Below, piece by piece: positions 12,003-24,267 of a DNA stretch of 64,000 nt (position 1 is the first letter of the stretch; each line of letters begins with the position of its first letter). Location: contig NC_068984.1 in the NCBI RefSeq assembly GCF_001194135.2, positions 5,290,701-5,354,700 of the forward strand, written 5' to 3'. This stretch comes from Octopus bimaculoides (Eukaryota). A program made the translations under genes and the position numbers. Below the pieces are notes generated by a model. That model was not told the origin of the DNA and did not search any database. It worked only from the letters and a program-made list of their open reading frames with translations.

Positions 12003-12708
12003 NNNNNNNNNNNNNNNNNNNNNNNNNNNNNNNNNNNNNNNNNNNNNNNNNNNNNNNNNNNNNNNNNNNNNNNNNNNNNNNNNNNNNNNNNNNNNNNNNN
12101 NNNNNNNNNNNNNNNNNNNNNNNNNNNNNNNNNNNNNNNNNNNNNNNNNNNNNNNNNNNNNNNNNNNNNNNNNNNNNNNNNNNNNNNNNNNNNNNNNNNN
12201 NNNNNNNNNNNNNNNNNNNNNNNNNNNNNNNNNNNNNNNNNNNNNNNNNNNNNNNNNNNNNNNNNNNNNNNNNNNNNNNNNNNNNNNNNNNNNNNNNNNN
12301 NNNNNNNNNNNNNNNNNNNNNNNNNNNNNNNNNNNNNNNNNNNNNNNNNNNNNNNNNNNNNNNNNNNNNNNNNNNNNNNNNNNNNNNNNNNNNNNNNNNN
12401 NNNNNNNNNNNNNNNNNNNNNNNNNNNNNNNNNNNNNNNNNNNNNNNNNNNNNNNNNNNNNNNNNNNNNNNNNNNNNNNNNNNNNNNNNNNNNNNNNNNN
12501 NNNNNNNNNNNNNNNNNNNNNNNNNNNNNNNNNNNNNNNNNNNNNNNNNNNNNNNNNNNNNNNNNNNNNNNNNNNNNNNNNNNNNNNNNNNNNNNNNNNN
12601 NNNNNNNNNNNNNNNNNNNNNNNNNNNNNNNNNNNNNNNNNNNNNNNNNNNNNNNNNNNNNNNNNNNNNNNNNNNNNNNNNNNNNNNNNNNNNNNNNNNN
12701 NNNNNNNA

Positions 12709-12858
12709 TAATAATAATAATAATAATAATAATAATAGTAATAATAATAATGATAATAATAATAATAATAATAATGATGATGATGATGATGATGATAATG
12801 ATGATAATAATAATAATAATAGTAATAATAATAATAATGATAATGATAATAATAATAA

Positions 12859-12921
<63 letters not shown>

Positions 12922-13027
12922 CGATGCTGTTGTTGATGACTATGATGACTATGATGATAATGATGAAAATGATATTAATAATACAGTTAATAGAAGCTAT
13001 AACAAAAACTACTATTACTACGATAAA

Positions 13028-13081
<54 letters not shown>

Positions 13082-13399
13082 GTGCTTATGTCGATGATGA
13101 TTTATGAAAATGATGCTGTTGACAACGACGACGACGATGATGATTGATGACGATGATGATGATAATGATGATGATGATGATGATGACGTTGAAGATGACA
13201 ATAATGACCATGATCAAGGTTATTCAAATAATAATATTCATAATGATATCAGCAATAATAAGAATATGCAACGATAAGGGAGATGATGTCGATGTAAACT
13301 ATGATGATGATGACGATGATGATGATGGTGATGACGATTATGATGATGATGATGAAAGTGATAAATGGCGATGATATATGAGGCTACTGTTGCTACTAC

Positions 13400-13431
<32 letters not shown>

Positions 13432-13460
13432 ATGATGAGGATGATGATGATGGCGAAGAT
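12709..13460. repeat. Compound (AAT)n/(GAT)n/(GCT)n trinucleotide array
   Basis: Direct reading. Confidence 0.95.
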
Positions 13461-13500
13461 GGCGATAATAATTATCCTTGAACGTCATTATCGCTATTTA

Positions 13501-13578
13501 TTACTCGTGTTTCAAGCCGGGGACGCCATCTGCGCAGGGGCCGGGTGGGGTGGTCTGGATGTTGTTGGGTTGCGGGTA
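13501..13578 (-). CDS. Candidate 3' end of a terminal coding exon: ...YPQPNNIQTTPPGPCADGVPGLKHE* (5' part lost in gap 13580-14277)
   Basis: An ~80-nt GC-rich island (roughly two-thirds GC) in AT-rich context. GC richness falls off around a TAA TAA double stop in this frame. The product is not recognised. Confidence 0.45.
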   Translation of the reverse strand, partial: YPQPNNIQTTPPGPCADGVPGLKHE

Positions 13579-14277
13579 CNNNNNNNNNNNNNNNNNNNNN
13601 NNNNNNNNNNNNNNNNNNNNNNNNNNNNNNNNNNNNNNNNNNNNNNNNNNNNNNNNNNNNNNNNNNNNNNNNNNNNNNNNNNNNNNNNNNNNNNNNNNNN
13701 NNNNNNNNNNNNNNNNNNNNNNNNNNNNNNNNNNNNNNNNNNNNNNNNNNNNNNNNNNNNNNNNNNNNNNNNNNNNNNNNNNNNNNNNNNNNNNNNNNNN
13801 NNNNNNNNNNNNNNNNNNNNNNNNNNNNNNNNNNNNNNNNNNNNNNNNNNNNNNNNNNNNNNNNNNNNNNNNNNNNNNNNNNNNNNNNNNNNNNNNNNNN
13901 NNNNNNNNNNNNNNNNNNNNNNNNNNNNNNNNNNNNNNNNNNNNNNNNNNNNNNNNNNNNNNNNNNNNNNNNNNNNNNNNNNNNNNNNNNNNNNNNNNNN
14001 NNNNNNNNNNNNNNNNNNNNNNNNNNNNNNNNNNNNNNNNNNNNNNNNNNNNNNNNNNNNNNNNNNNNNNNNNNNNNNNNNNNNNNNNNNNNNNNNNNNN
14101 NNNNNNNNNNNNNNNNNNNNNNNNNNNNNNNNNNNNNNNNNNNNNNNNNNNNNNNNNNNNNNNNNNNNNNNNNNNNNNNNNNNNNNNNNNNNNNNNNNNN
14201 NNNNNNNNNNNNNNNNNNNNNNNNNNNNNNNNNNNNNNNNNNNNNNNNNNNNNNNNNNNNNNNNNNNNNNNNNNNNN

Positions 14278-14914
14278 GTCCTTCCTTCCTTCCTTCCTCT
14301 CTTTCTTTCTTCCTCCTTCCTTCCTTCTTTTCTACCATCCTTCCTTCTTTCCTTCTGTCCTTCCTTCCTTCCTTCCTCTCTTTCTTTCTTCCTCCTTCCT
14401 TCCTTCTTTCCTGCCATCCTTCCTTCCGTCATTCCTTTTTTCTTTCCTACTATCCTCCTTTCCTTCCTTCCTTCCTTCCTTTCTCGTTCATGTCATCTCT
14501 CGTTCTCCCTTCTTTTTCTCTCTCCATTATTCTCTCTTTGCCTTTCTTTCTCTCTCTCTCTCTCTCCCGTCTCTCTCCCTCTCTTTCTCTCTCTCTCTCT
14601 CAAGCCTACTTCCTTTATTTCTCTCTGTCCTTCCCTCTCTCTCAAGTAAGCCTACTTCCTTTCCTTCTCTTTCTCTCTCTCTCTCTCTCTCGTTCTCTCA
14701 AACCTATTTTATTTCCTTCTCTCTCTCTCTCTCTCTTTCTCTCTCTTTCTCCCTTCTCTCTCAAGTCTACTTCCTTTCCTCTCTCTCTCACTCTCTTACT
14801 CAAGCTTGCTTTCTCTCCTCCCCCTTTCTCTCTTCTTCCCTTCTCTCACTTTAGGGTTTCGTTCTCTCTCTCTCTTTCTCCCTTCTCTCTCTCTTTCTCC
14901 CTTCTCTCTCTCTT
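14278..14914. repeat. Polypyrimidine (CCTT)n/(CT)n composite with embedded CTCAAGCCTACTTCC minisatellite
   Basis: Direct reading. Confidence 0.9.
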
Positions 14915-15034
14915 NNNNNNNNNNNNNNNNNNNNNNNNNNNNNNNNNNNNNNNNNNNNNNNNNNNNNNNNNNNNNNNNNNNNNNNNNNNNNNNNNNNNNN
15001 NNNNNNNNNNNNNNCACACACACACACACACATA

Positions 15035-15184
15035 TACGACGAGCTTTCAGTTTCTGTCTACCAAATCCACCTACAAGGCTGTGGTTGGCTTGAGGCTATA
15101 GTAGAAGACAATTGCCCGAGCCGCCATGCAGTGGGACTGAACCTGGAATGTGGTTGGGAAGCAAGTTTCTTACCACACAGCCAC
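15035..15184 (-). mobile_element. 5' half of CORE-like SINE family B
   Basis: The reverse complement gives GTGGCTGTGTGGTAAG...GGTTCAGTCCCACTGC...TGTCTTCTACTATAGCC. Confidence 0.85.
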
Positions 15185-15514
15185 AATAAACAAGGTTATA
15201 CTTCAGCAATACACAAATTATTTTCAAAATTTCGTTATACACTTTATAATAATGTTTCCTTCTTAAAATACAATGGGAATTTTTGAAACATTGAATGGCT
15301 ATGAGGGTCCAGAAAAATAAAACAGGAATCAGAAAGAGTTCATAGAGTAAAACGGCGGAGAAATACAGCACTTGGGGGCTGTCTCAAACGTGGTACTTAG
15401 TTACATCTCCCGAGTTCAAATTCCCCGTGGAAAAGGAGAAAATGAAACAAATATGGATGACTTGTTCCGAAACATCCCCGAGTGGGAAACAGTTCTCAAA
15501 AATAACCCCAATTG

Positions 15515-15766
15515 TTTTCTCCGCAAAATTTCTGTGTCCTCAGAATCTACATGGTCCGAGGTATATTTGTAGAGAATTTCATTAAAAAATATCCATTTTC
15601 CCCACAGTTAAGACGAATTGAATTGGACTCCGGTGAATTTTTCGAAATTCCCCACCCCACTTCCTCCTAAAACTTTTTTCTCCAGAAGTTTTCTATATTC
15701 GGAATCTACGTGATATAATATTCGTAGAAAATTTCATTAAAAAATATTCATTTTTCTGAAAGTTAT
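15515..15766. repeat. Imperfect ~95-bp direct repeat pair (period ~160 bp), probably part of an old interspersed element
   Basis: TTTTCTCC...GAATCTAC..TG...GTAGA(G/A)AATTTCATTAAAAAATAT.CATTTT...AGTTA occurs at ~15515 and ~15675. Confidence 0.6.
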
Positions 15767-16137
15767 GATCATCCGAAGTCGGGGTGTGGGTAGGCAGAAA
15801 TCTATAGTTACGCCTGTTTCGCTTATCTATGGAATATTAATAACGACCATCACCACCGTAATACCAACGGAAGGATTTCGAACACACTAACGACAAGAAA
15901 ACCCGAAAGAGTGTAGCAACGACCGAAAATGTAACCTTGTTATTCTTATAAGGAATAGCGACACCAGTATCGTCATCATCATGAGCAGCAGCAGCAGCAG
16001 CGGTACAAGCAACAATATTAATGGCAGTAACAACAGTAGAAGAAATCCGTTTAATATGTCTGCCTCCAAATAGTGCCAGATGGAAGGAGCAATCCAGTAT
16101 GGAAAGGAACAGTCAAAATAGCTAATGCAGAAAAATA

Positions 16138-16555
16138 TTCTTTTCTAATCTAGGCACAAAACCCGAAATTTTGCGGGAGGGAAGCAGTCGATAAGATCGC
16201 TCCGAGTACGCAACTGGTACTTAATTTATCGACACCGAAATGATGAAATGCAAGGTCGATCTCGACGGAATTTGAACTCAGAACGTAGCGGTGAGCATTT
16301 CGCCTGGCATGCTAACGTTTCTTATTTCTTTATTACCCACAAGGGTCAAAATACAGAGGGGAGAAACACGGACAGACAAACGGATTAAATCGATTACATC
16401 GACCCCAGTGCGCAACTGGTACTTATTTAATCGACCCCGAAAGGATGAGAGGTAAAGTCAACCTCGGCGGAATTTGAACTCAGAACGTAGTGGCAGACGA
16501 AATATTGCTAAGCATTACGCCCGGCGTGCTAACGTTTCTGCCAGCTCGCCGCCTT
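16138..16555 (-). mobile_element. Second nested Deu/Nin SINE dimer (unit 1 16323-16555 type-1 tail; unit 2 16138-16322 type-2 tail)
   Basis: Same body, tails and junction (TAAAGAAATA|AGAAACGTTAGC) as 396-819. Confidence 0.9.
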
Positions 16556-17111
16556 AATGCACACAAATATTGGAACAGTTTAAGCAGCGAGGCATAAACC
16601 AACATATCGTTGAAGCATGGATGTTTTGGAACGACTCCAAAACCTATATACTATTCCGCTACATAAATATATTTCACTACACAACATTAAAAACACATCC
16701 AAACAAATATAAAACCAAACAAGCAACTGTAAAAATATCTTAAGGCTGTCATATCTTAATATTTTATCGATGTCTATTATTGCACTGAAATGTTTATACA
16801 GCAGCAAAAACAACAACAATAATAATAACAGATTGATAATTTCTTATAATAGCAACACTGTTTCCATACATATTATTAGACTATATACCATCTTTCATAT
16901 TTGTTCTAGTTTTTGTTATGTTTATCATTATGTTTTCGTTGTTATTGCATTGTTTTGTCGGAGCTCTTCCAAGACTCACTCAACAATCTCAAGAAACAGC
17001 AAGTTGGGCATTTTATTGTAGGTGTTACTTATGATCAGGTAAAGATATATTTCAGAGAAAAAAGGCCAGTTACACATGATTTAGATTTCAATTAAAATTT
17101 ACTGTAATATT

Positions 17112-17196
17112 TGCCTAGTACTTATTATATCGGTTCTCTTGCCGAACTGGTAAGTTACGGGGCACTTAAACGCACCGGCATCTGATGTCGGGGGAA
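17112..17196 (-). mobile_element. Fragment of SINE B 3' half
   Basis: The reverse complement gives CCCGTAACTTACCAGTTCGGCAAGAGAACCGATATAATAAGTACTAGGC. Confidence 0.7.
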
Positions 17197-17485
17197 CACA
17201 CACACACACACGCACACACACACACACACACACACATACACACACATACACACACACACACACACACACGCACACACAAACACATATGTATATGTGAATA
17301 AATATGTGTACATGTTGATATTATCATGTGTGTTAATATATCTTTGTTCACCGATCTGTAGGTCAGGTGAAATATAAACACAATTATCAAACTATACAGA
17401 AAAACGAAATGGCCTTCGCTATTTCAATTTATTTGTTGAAAGATTTTCTCTAAGTGGATTTCTTTTATTCTTTAACTATGTATCA

Positions 17486-17562
<77 letters not shown>

Positions 17563-18223
17563 NNNNNNNNNNNNNNNNNNNNNNNNNNNNNNNNNNNNNN
17601 NNNNNNNNNNNNNNNNNNNNNNNNNNNNNNNNNNNNNNNNNNNNNNNNNNNNNNNNNNNNNNNNNNNNNNNNNNNNNNNNNNNNNNNNNNNNNNNNNNNN
17701 NNNNNNNNNNNNNNNNNNNNNNNNNNNNNNNNNNNNNNNNNNNNNNNNNNNNNNNNNNNNNNNNNNNNNNNNNNNNNNNNNNNNNNNNNNNNNNNNNNNN
17801 NNNNNNNNNNNNNNNNNNNNNNNNNNNNNNNNNNNNNNNNNNNNNNNNNNNNNNNNNNNNNNNNNNNNNNNNNNNNNNNNNNNNNNNNNNNNNNNNNNNN
17901 NNNNNNNNNNNNNNNNNNNNNNNNNNNNNNNNNNNNNNNNNNNNNNNNNNNNNNNNNNNNNNNNNNNNNNNNNNNNNNNNNNNNNNNNNNNNNNNNNNNN
18001 NNNNNNNNNNNNNNNNNNNNNNNNNNNNNNNNNNNNNNNNNNNNNNNNNNNNNNNNNNNNNNNNNNNNNNNNNNNNNNNNNNNNNNNNNNNNNNNNNNNN
18101 NNNNNNNNNNNNNNNNNNNNNNNNNNNNNNNNNNNNNNNNNNNNNNNNNNNNNNNNNNNNNNNNNNNNNNNNNNNNNNNNNNNNNNNNNNNNNNNNNNNN
18201 NNNNNNNNNNNNNNNNNNNNNNN

Positions 18224-18254
<31 letters not shown>

Positions 18255-18420
18255 TACGACGGGCTTCTTTCAGTTTCCGTCCACCAAATCCACTCACAAG
18301 GCTTTGGTCGGCCCGAGGCTATAGTAGAAGACACTTGCCCAAGGTGCCACGCAGTGGGACTGAACCCGGAACCTTGTGGTTGGTAAGCAAGGTACTTACC
18401 ACACAGCCACTCCTGCGCCT
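18255..18420 (-). mobile_element. Young 5' half of SINE B, running into (TA)n and a gap
   Basis: GGCGCAGGAGTGGCTGTGTGGTAAG (A-box), GGTTCAGTCCC (B-box), CACCTTGGGCAAGTGTCTT (CORE-like motif, as in MIR CCTTGGGCAAG). Confidence 0.92.
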
Positions 18421-18697
18421 GCCCCTCTCTATCTATCTCCATCTCTATCTATCTATCTCTACGTGTATGATACTAGTAAGGCCGTGAAGAATCAACATAG
18501 CACAACTTTATTACTAGCTACATTTTTTTCTGTACCACTCCATTTCTAACTGCATTCTACTGCTATGCGAAAAAGTAATTCACTATGTTCAGTTAGTCAT
18601 ATCGGAATGACACTTCATGAAACTAGCAGCAAGTCGTGCCCCTCCGACATAATTAACCATACATACAGCGTAACGTTTTAGCAGGAATCATTTAGAT

Positions 18698-19113
18698 ACG
18701 CAGGAGTGGCTGTGTGGTAACTAGCTTGCCTACCAACCACATGGTTCTGGGTTCATTCCCACTGCGTGGCACCTTGGGCAAGTGTCTTCTACTATAGTCT
18801 CGGGCCGACCAAAGCTTTGTGATTGGATTTGGTAGACGGAAAACTGAAAGAAGCCCGTTGTATATATGTATATATATATATATGTGTGTGTATGTTTGTG
18901 TGTCTGTGTTTGCCCCCCCCCCTCGCCCCCAACATCGCTTGAAAACCGATGCTGGTGTGTTTACGTCCCCTAAACTTAGCAGTTCGGCAAAAGAGACCGA
19001 TAAAATAAGTACTAGGCTTCCAAAGAATAAGTCCTGGGGTCGATTTGCTCGACTAAAGGCGGTGCTCCAGCATGGCCACAGTCAAATGACTGAAACAAGT
19101 AAAAGAATAAAAG
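18698..19113 (+). mobile_element. Full-length SINE B with internal (TA)/(TG) microsatellite
   Basis: tRNA head, CORE-like segment, microsatellite, then GGCGGTGCTCCAGCATGGCC...GAAACAAGTAAAAGAATAAAAGA tail. Confidence 0.92.
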
Positions 19114-19419
19114 AGAGAGTATACAATCATGGTCCAAACGGAGGGCTACCGAAAGAATTGTAATAACCAACCACATCCATTCTTCGTCTTCTTACTTGTA
19201 TTACACGTTGTTACGCGTAACACTTATACACTGTCAGTGATGAACCTTGAGATTCAGCACCGACGGACTTTGTATTTTTCTATCAGTTGCAATATCCTAC
19301 AAGTTCGTAGTAATGAGTGCTGCATTGTAAGGAAATACACTCATTTTCTACCCTATCAAGCCTTACAACACGATATAATATATACATTTGTATGAGTGTA
19401 TATAACATGTAGATAAATA

Positions 19420-19976
19420 CGAGGACAAATCAAAAGGCAATGCCATTTTGTTTAGGACAGGTATAATTACCAACACAAGAACATGTATCAGACATCAAAA
19501 TGAAGCTTATTATGAGTTTATTGTTTTTCCTTTTTGGCAAGAAATCGACCAGAATGACACCTTGAGCATCTCAAAAAGACAGTCGCCATGATTTTTCCAG
19601 CAGACTTTTGCCTCTTGAACTTTTTCGGTGGTGGTGACGTAGAGTGGCGCCATTCCATTGACTGCCTCTTTGATTCCGGTTCATAATGATGAACCCATGT
19701 TTCATCACCTGTTACGAACCTTCGAAAGAAGGTGTTGTCTCTTTGACTTTGTAGTGAAGAAGTGGCTCAAAGAACAGTCAACGAAATTTTACGGGGCAGG
19801 GATACATGCTCTCATTCGAAAGTGGAACATTGCTATTGAGAGAAACGGTGACTATGTTGACGAGTAGGGATGTGATCCACAGAGGACCAGCTTCATTTTG
19901 ATGTTTGTTACAGGTTCCTGTGTTGGTAATTATACCTGACCTAAACAAAATGGCATTACTTTTTGACTCACCCTCG
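19420..19976. mobile_element. Non-autonomous mariner derivative with 88-bp TIRs and an inverted internal segment
   Basis: TIRs at 19420-19507 and 19889-19976, with TA on the left flank. The - strand at ~19515-19712 reads TGDETWVHHYEPESKRQSMEW...SAGKIMATVF*DAQGVILVDFL. The + strand at 19754-19867 reads VKKWLKEQSTKFYGAGIHALIRKWNIAIERNGDYVDE*. Confidence 0.92.
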
Positions 19977-19988
19977 CATATCTGTGTG

Positions 19989-20027
<39 letters not shown>

Positions 20028-21159
20028 NNNNNNNNNNNNNNNNNNNNNNNNNNNNNNNNNNNNNNNNNNNNNNNNNNNNNNNNNNNNNNNNNNNNNNNNN
20101 NNNNNNNNNNNNNNNNNNNNNNNNNNNNNNNNNNNNNNNNNNNNNNNNNNNNNNNNNNNNNNNNNNNNNNNNNNNNNNNNNNNNNNNNNNNNNNNNNNNN
20201 NNNNNNNNNNNNNNNNNNNNNNNNNNNNNNNNNNNNNNNNNNNNNNNNNNNNNNNNNNNNNNNNNNNNNNNNNNNNNNNNNNNNNNNNNNNNNNNNNNNN
20301 NNNNNNNNNNNNNNNNNNNNNNNNNNNNNNNNNNNNNNNNNNNNNNNNNNNNNNNNNNNNNNNNNNNNNNNNNNNNNNNNNNNNNNNNNNNNNNNNNNNN
20401 NNNNNNNNNNNNNNNNNNNNNNNNNNNNNNNNNNNNNNNNNNNNNNNNNNNNNNNNNNNNNNNNNNNNNNNNNNNNNNNNNNNNNNNNNNNNNNNNNNNN
20501 NNNNNNNNNNNNNNNNNNNNNNNNNNNNNNNNNNNNNNNNNNNNNNNNNNNNNNNNNNNNNNNNNNNNNNNNNNNNNNNNNNNNNNNNNNNNNNNNNNNN
20601 NNNNNNNNNNNNNNNNNNNNNNNNNNNNNNNNNNNNNNNNNNNNNNNNNNNNNNNNNNNNNNNNNNNNNNNNNNNNNNNNNNNNNNNNNNNNNNNNNNNN
20701 NNNNNNNNNNNNNNNNNNNNNNNNNNNNNNNNNNNNNNNNNNNNNNNNNNNNNNNNNNNNNNNNNNNNNNNNNNNNNNNNNNNNNNNNNNNNNNNNNNNN
20801 NNNNNNNNNNNNNNNNNNNNNNNNNNNNNNNNNNNNNNNNNNNNNNNNNNNNNNNNNNNNNNNNNNNNNNNNNNNNNNNNNNNNNNNNNNNNNNNNNNNN
20901 NNNNNNNNNNNNNNNNNNNNNNNNNNNNNNNNNNNNNNNNNNNNNNNNNNNNNNNNNNNNNNNNNNNNNNNNNNNNNNNNNNNNNNNNNNNNNNNNNNNN
21001 NNNNNNNNNNNNNNNNNNNNNNNNCCTTCTTTCTATTTCTATAATGTCTTATTTCAATTTGTTACATCTCTGCATCAACAGTGATCTTAATTACAAGACG
21101 AATATACCGCCAGCGCTTTTAATGTTTTTACACAACTAAATTGTCACCCGCTGGGTTTT

Positions 21160-21161
21160 CC

Positions 21162-21200
<39 letters not shown>

Positions 21201-21565
21201 GAACATACACATGCATATACACACACATTCACACAACGTGCACACACTCACATGCAAACACACGCACTTGCACACAACACACACAGACACACACAGACAC
21301 ACACACATACGCACATGCACACAAACACAGGCATGCACACATTCACACAACATACACACGCACTTGCACTCAACACACACACACACGCACACACAAACAC
21401 ACAAACATACACATACAAACAGACACACACAAACACAGACATGCACACATTCACACAGTCATACAACATACACACGCACTTGCACACCACATACACGCAA
21501 ACACATACTCAAACACACAAGCATACACACGCACACACGTTCACACACACGCACACACACACGTG
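21160..21565. repeat. Degenerate (CA)n with ~3 higher-order units (ACACATTCACACA...CACGCACTTGCAC)
   Basis: Direct reading. Confidence 0.8.
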
Positions 21566-21884
21566 CACACCGATGGCGAGCAAAGAAATGAGGGAGAGAA
21601 AGAGAGAGACTGAATGGCAGAGACAATCATATATTTCTCTCTCGTTATTCTCTCACAATTCATCCACAAAGACATTCTTCTCTCTGCGATGGCTCTCTCC
21701 TCTTTTCCCCATCTCTTCCCCTGTCTCACTCACGCTCCACACTCACCCCTACCCCTACCCCACACTCCCCTGTGCCTCTTCTGATATCTCATTCAGATCC
21801 TGTCCAGCGGAACTGTCGCACGTGGACATCTCTCACTATAATCGCAATTACACAGCCTCCACTTTCCACCCCCATCTCTCACAA

Positions 21885-21906
21885 TTACTACTACTACCAC
21901 TACTAC

Positions 21907-21940
<34 letters not shown>

Positions 21941-21944
21941 ACTG

Positions 21945-21995
<51 letters not shown>
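21885..21995. repeat. (CTA)n/(CTG)n microsatellite
   Basis: Direct reading. Confidence 0.95.
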
Positions 21996-22402
21996 TATCT
22001 ATTTCTTCGAAACCAATCAATGCATTTGACACCAGATTTCACTTGACGCAAATCCTGTCACAACGTTCGTCAAAAGAATTGGCAGCAATACCAGCTGTAG
22101 CAGCAGCAGCAGCAGCAGCAGCATCAAGAAGAAGAACAACAACAACAATACCCCTACCACCACTACCACCACTACCAACTACACAGCCGCCGCAATTACT
22201 GTCAACATCATTATCGTCATGATGAGGACGATAATTATCAAGAACGTGATCATCGTCGTTGTCGACTCCGACGCCATGATAAACGCTTTGCATCCTAACG
22301 TCTCTGCGCTATAAAACCATCACAAAGATCAGATGAAAAAAAGTCTACCATGTCCTCTTAATCTAAAAGAACATCAATAGTCTTTTCACGCACACACATA
22401 TA

Positions 22403-22449
<47 letters not shown>

Positions 22450-22489
22450 GTGTGTGTGTGTGTGGTGCATATATATGTATGTATGTATG

Positions 22490-22525
<36 letters not shown>

Positions 22526-22604
22526 CATACATACATATACATACATATATATAAATAATACAAAATGGGACAAGAACGCAGAACATCATACACACATACA
22601 TACT

Positions 22605-22635
<31 letters not shown>

Positions 22636-23032
22636 GTACATGTATATATGCATATATACATGTGTATGTATGTATGTATGTATGCATGTATGTATGTATG
22701 TATGAATGCATGCATGTATGTATGTACATAGACACACTTGAGATCTATGGTGATTTTTACGTTGACAAATAGATTTTTTTTTTAATGATTTCTCTCTCGC
22801 TTTGTTTCAAACAATATTCTATTCACTTCAGTAATATCGAGCAGTGAAAGCCCGGTTTCTTTCTGAAGACCGCCAAGGAAGGAAATTGAAAGTCCTGTTT
22901 CCACAAGTAGGACAACTCCCAACGCCATACATATGTATATTTCAACATGTTATCTGTTTTTACTGATCATTTTGATCGGCAGTAAAATGTGCTGCGTTGA
23001 AATTATATATGTCACGCAATTTTATATATACA

Positions 23033-23099
<67 letters not shown>

Positions 23100-23159
23100 T
23101 GCTTTCTCTATTTGTGAATTAAGAAGGCTAACAATGGGTCTGTCTGTCTATCAATCTAC

Positions 23160-24140
23160 CTAACGGGAGCAAACATTAACCGGGAAAAGTCAGTGGGCTT
23201 CCGGCTCGGCCCTTGGAGAAGCAAGCCATGCCGTCCAACAGCGTCTCCATTGTGGGACGCTGGACCAATAGACCTGTTAAATTGCTCGGAGTCTGGTTCG
23301 GTCAGGACCTCCAAATGGAGAAGAAATGGAGCGAAATAACGATTAGGGTGGTAGCTCTCACCCACCAATTGGCCCAGTGGAAGCTATCCCTAAAAGATCG
23401 GGCGGAGGTGGCGAACGCGTACATTGCATCCGTCATCGAATACTGTGTGACCGGAGAGGTGTTATCACGTTCTCGGGCAGAATCTGGGCGTCGACGAGGA
23501 ACACCTGACCCGCCTGTTCAGGACAACTTTCGGACCGGGACCTATGGACAATCACCAAAGATCCCTGGCATGACAATGCTATCAAGAAGCATTCCCTGTT
23601 CGGGATAAGCTCCACAGGTTCGAGACACAGGTTCGAGACACACCGGACCGACTTGCCCGAGATGCGGTCGGAGCGACGAAACCGTTCTGCACGCACTCGC
23701 GCAGTGTCCAACCATTTCGGACCTGTGGGCTTAAGTACCACTTGAAAAGGAAGGTGAGAATGGAGAGGCAAGTTTTGTCTCGTGAAAGTTTCAAAAAAAG
23801 TGGGTGAATGTAGCAAAGATGGTGCGTGCGAGTGACGAAACCACTTTGAGCATGATCCTGTAAATCAAAAACAGAAAGGGAAAGAGCACTTTGCTCTCAT
23901 GTGTTTATTTACTCCATGCCTGAGGTTACCATGGTCTTTTCCGTAGGATTTTCTTTCCACGGATAAACCTAATCTTGCTATTTATATTTTTAAAATTCTT
24001 CTGTGACACACGATCCCTTTTGATCGGAATTTTACTTTTTTTTCTCCGTTTTTCCCCTTTTCTGTTTCATTTTCGAAAAGAAAAGTTCTACATTTGTATT
24101 TGTCCCTCTGCGTTCAGCCTTATGTGGCCAATAAAGAAAG
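23160..24140 (+). mobile_element. Second, internally deleted copy of the Tx1-like LINE 3' region with a longer 3' UTR
   Basis: Colinear with ~8185-9570: N.EKSVGFRLG, WT..PV.LLGVWFG, CPRCGRSDETVLHALAQCP. Two internal deletions of ~400 and ~200 nt; same 3' terminus. Confidence 0.9.
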
Positions 24141-24142
24141 TT

Positions 24143-24174
24143 ATCTATCTATCGATCTATCTATCTATCTATCG

Positions 24175-24267
<93 letters not shown>
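24143..24267. repeat. (TCTA)n(TCTG)n microsatellite directly after LINE copy 2
   Basis: Direct reading. Confidence 0.95.

Noticed and set aside
22030-22315. Q/H/A/T-rich open frames
   Set aside because: Degenerate trinucleotide sequence that is open in several frames.
22827-22862. 36-nt - micro-exon candidate (KETGLSLLDITE)
   Set aside because: Same reason: too short to support.
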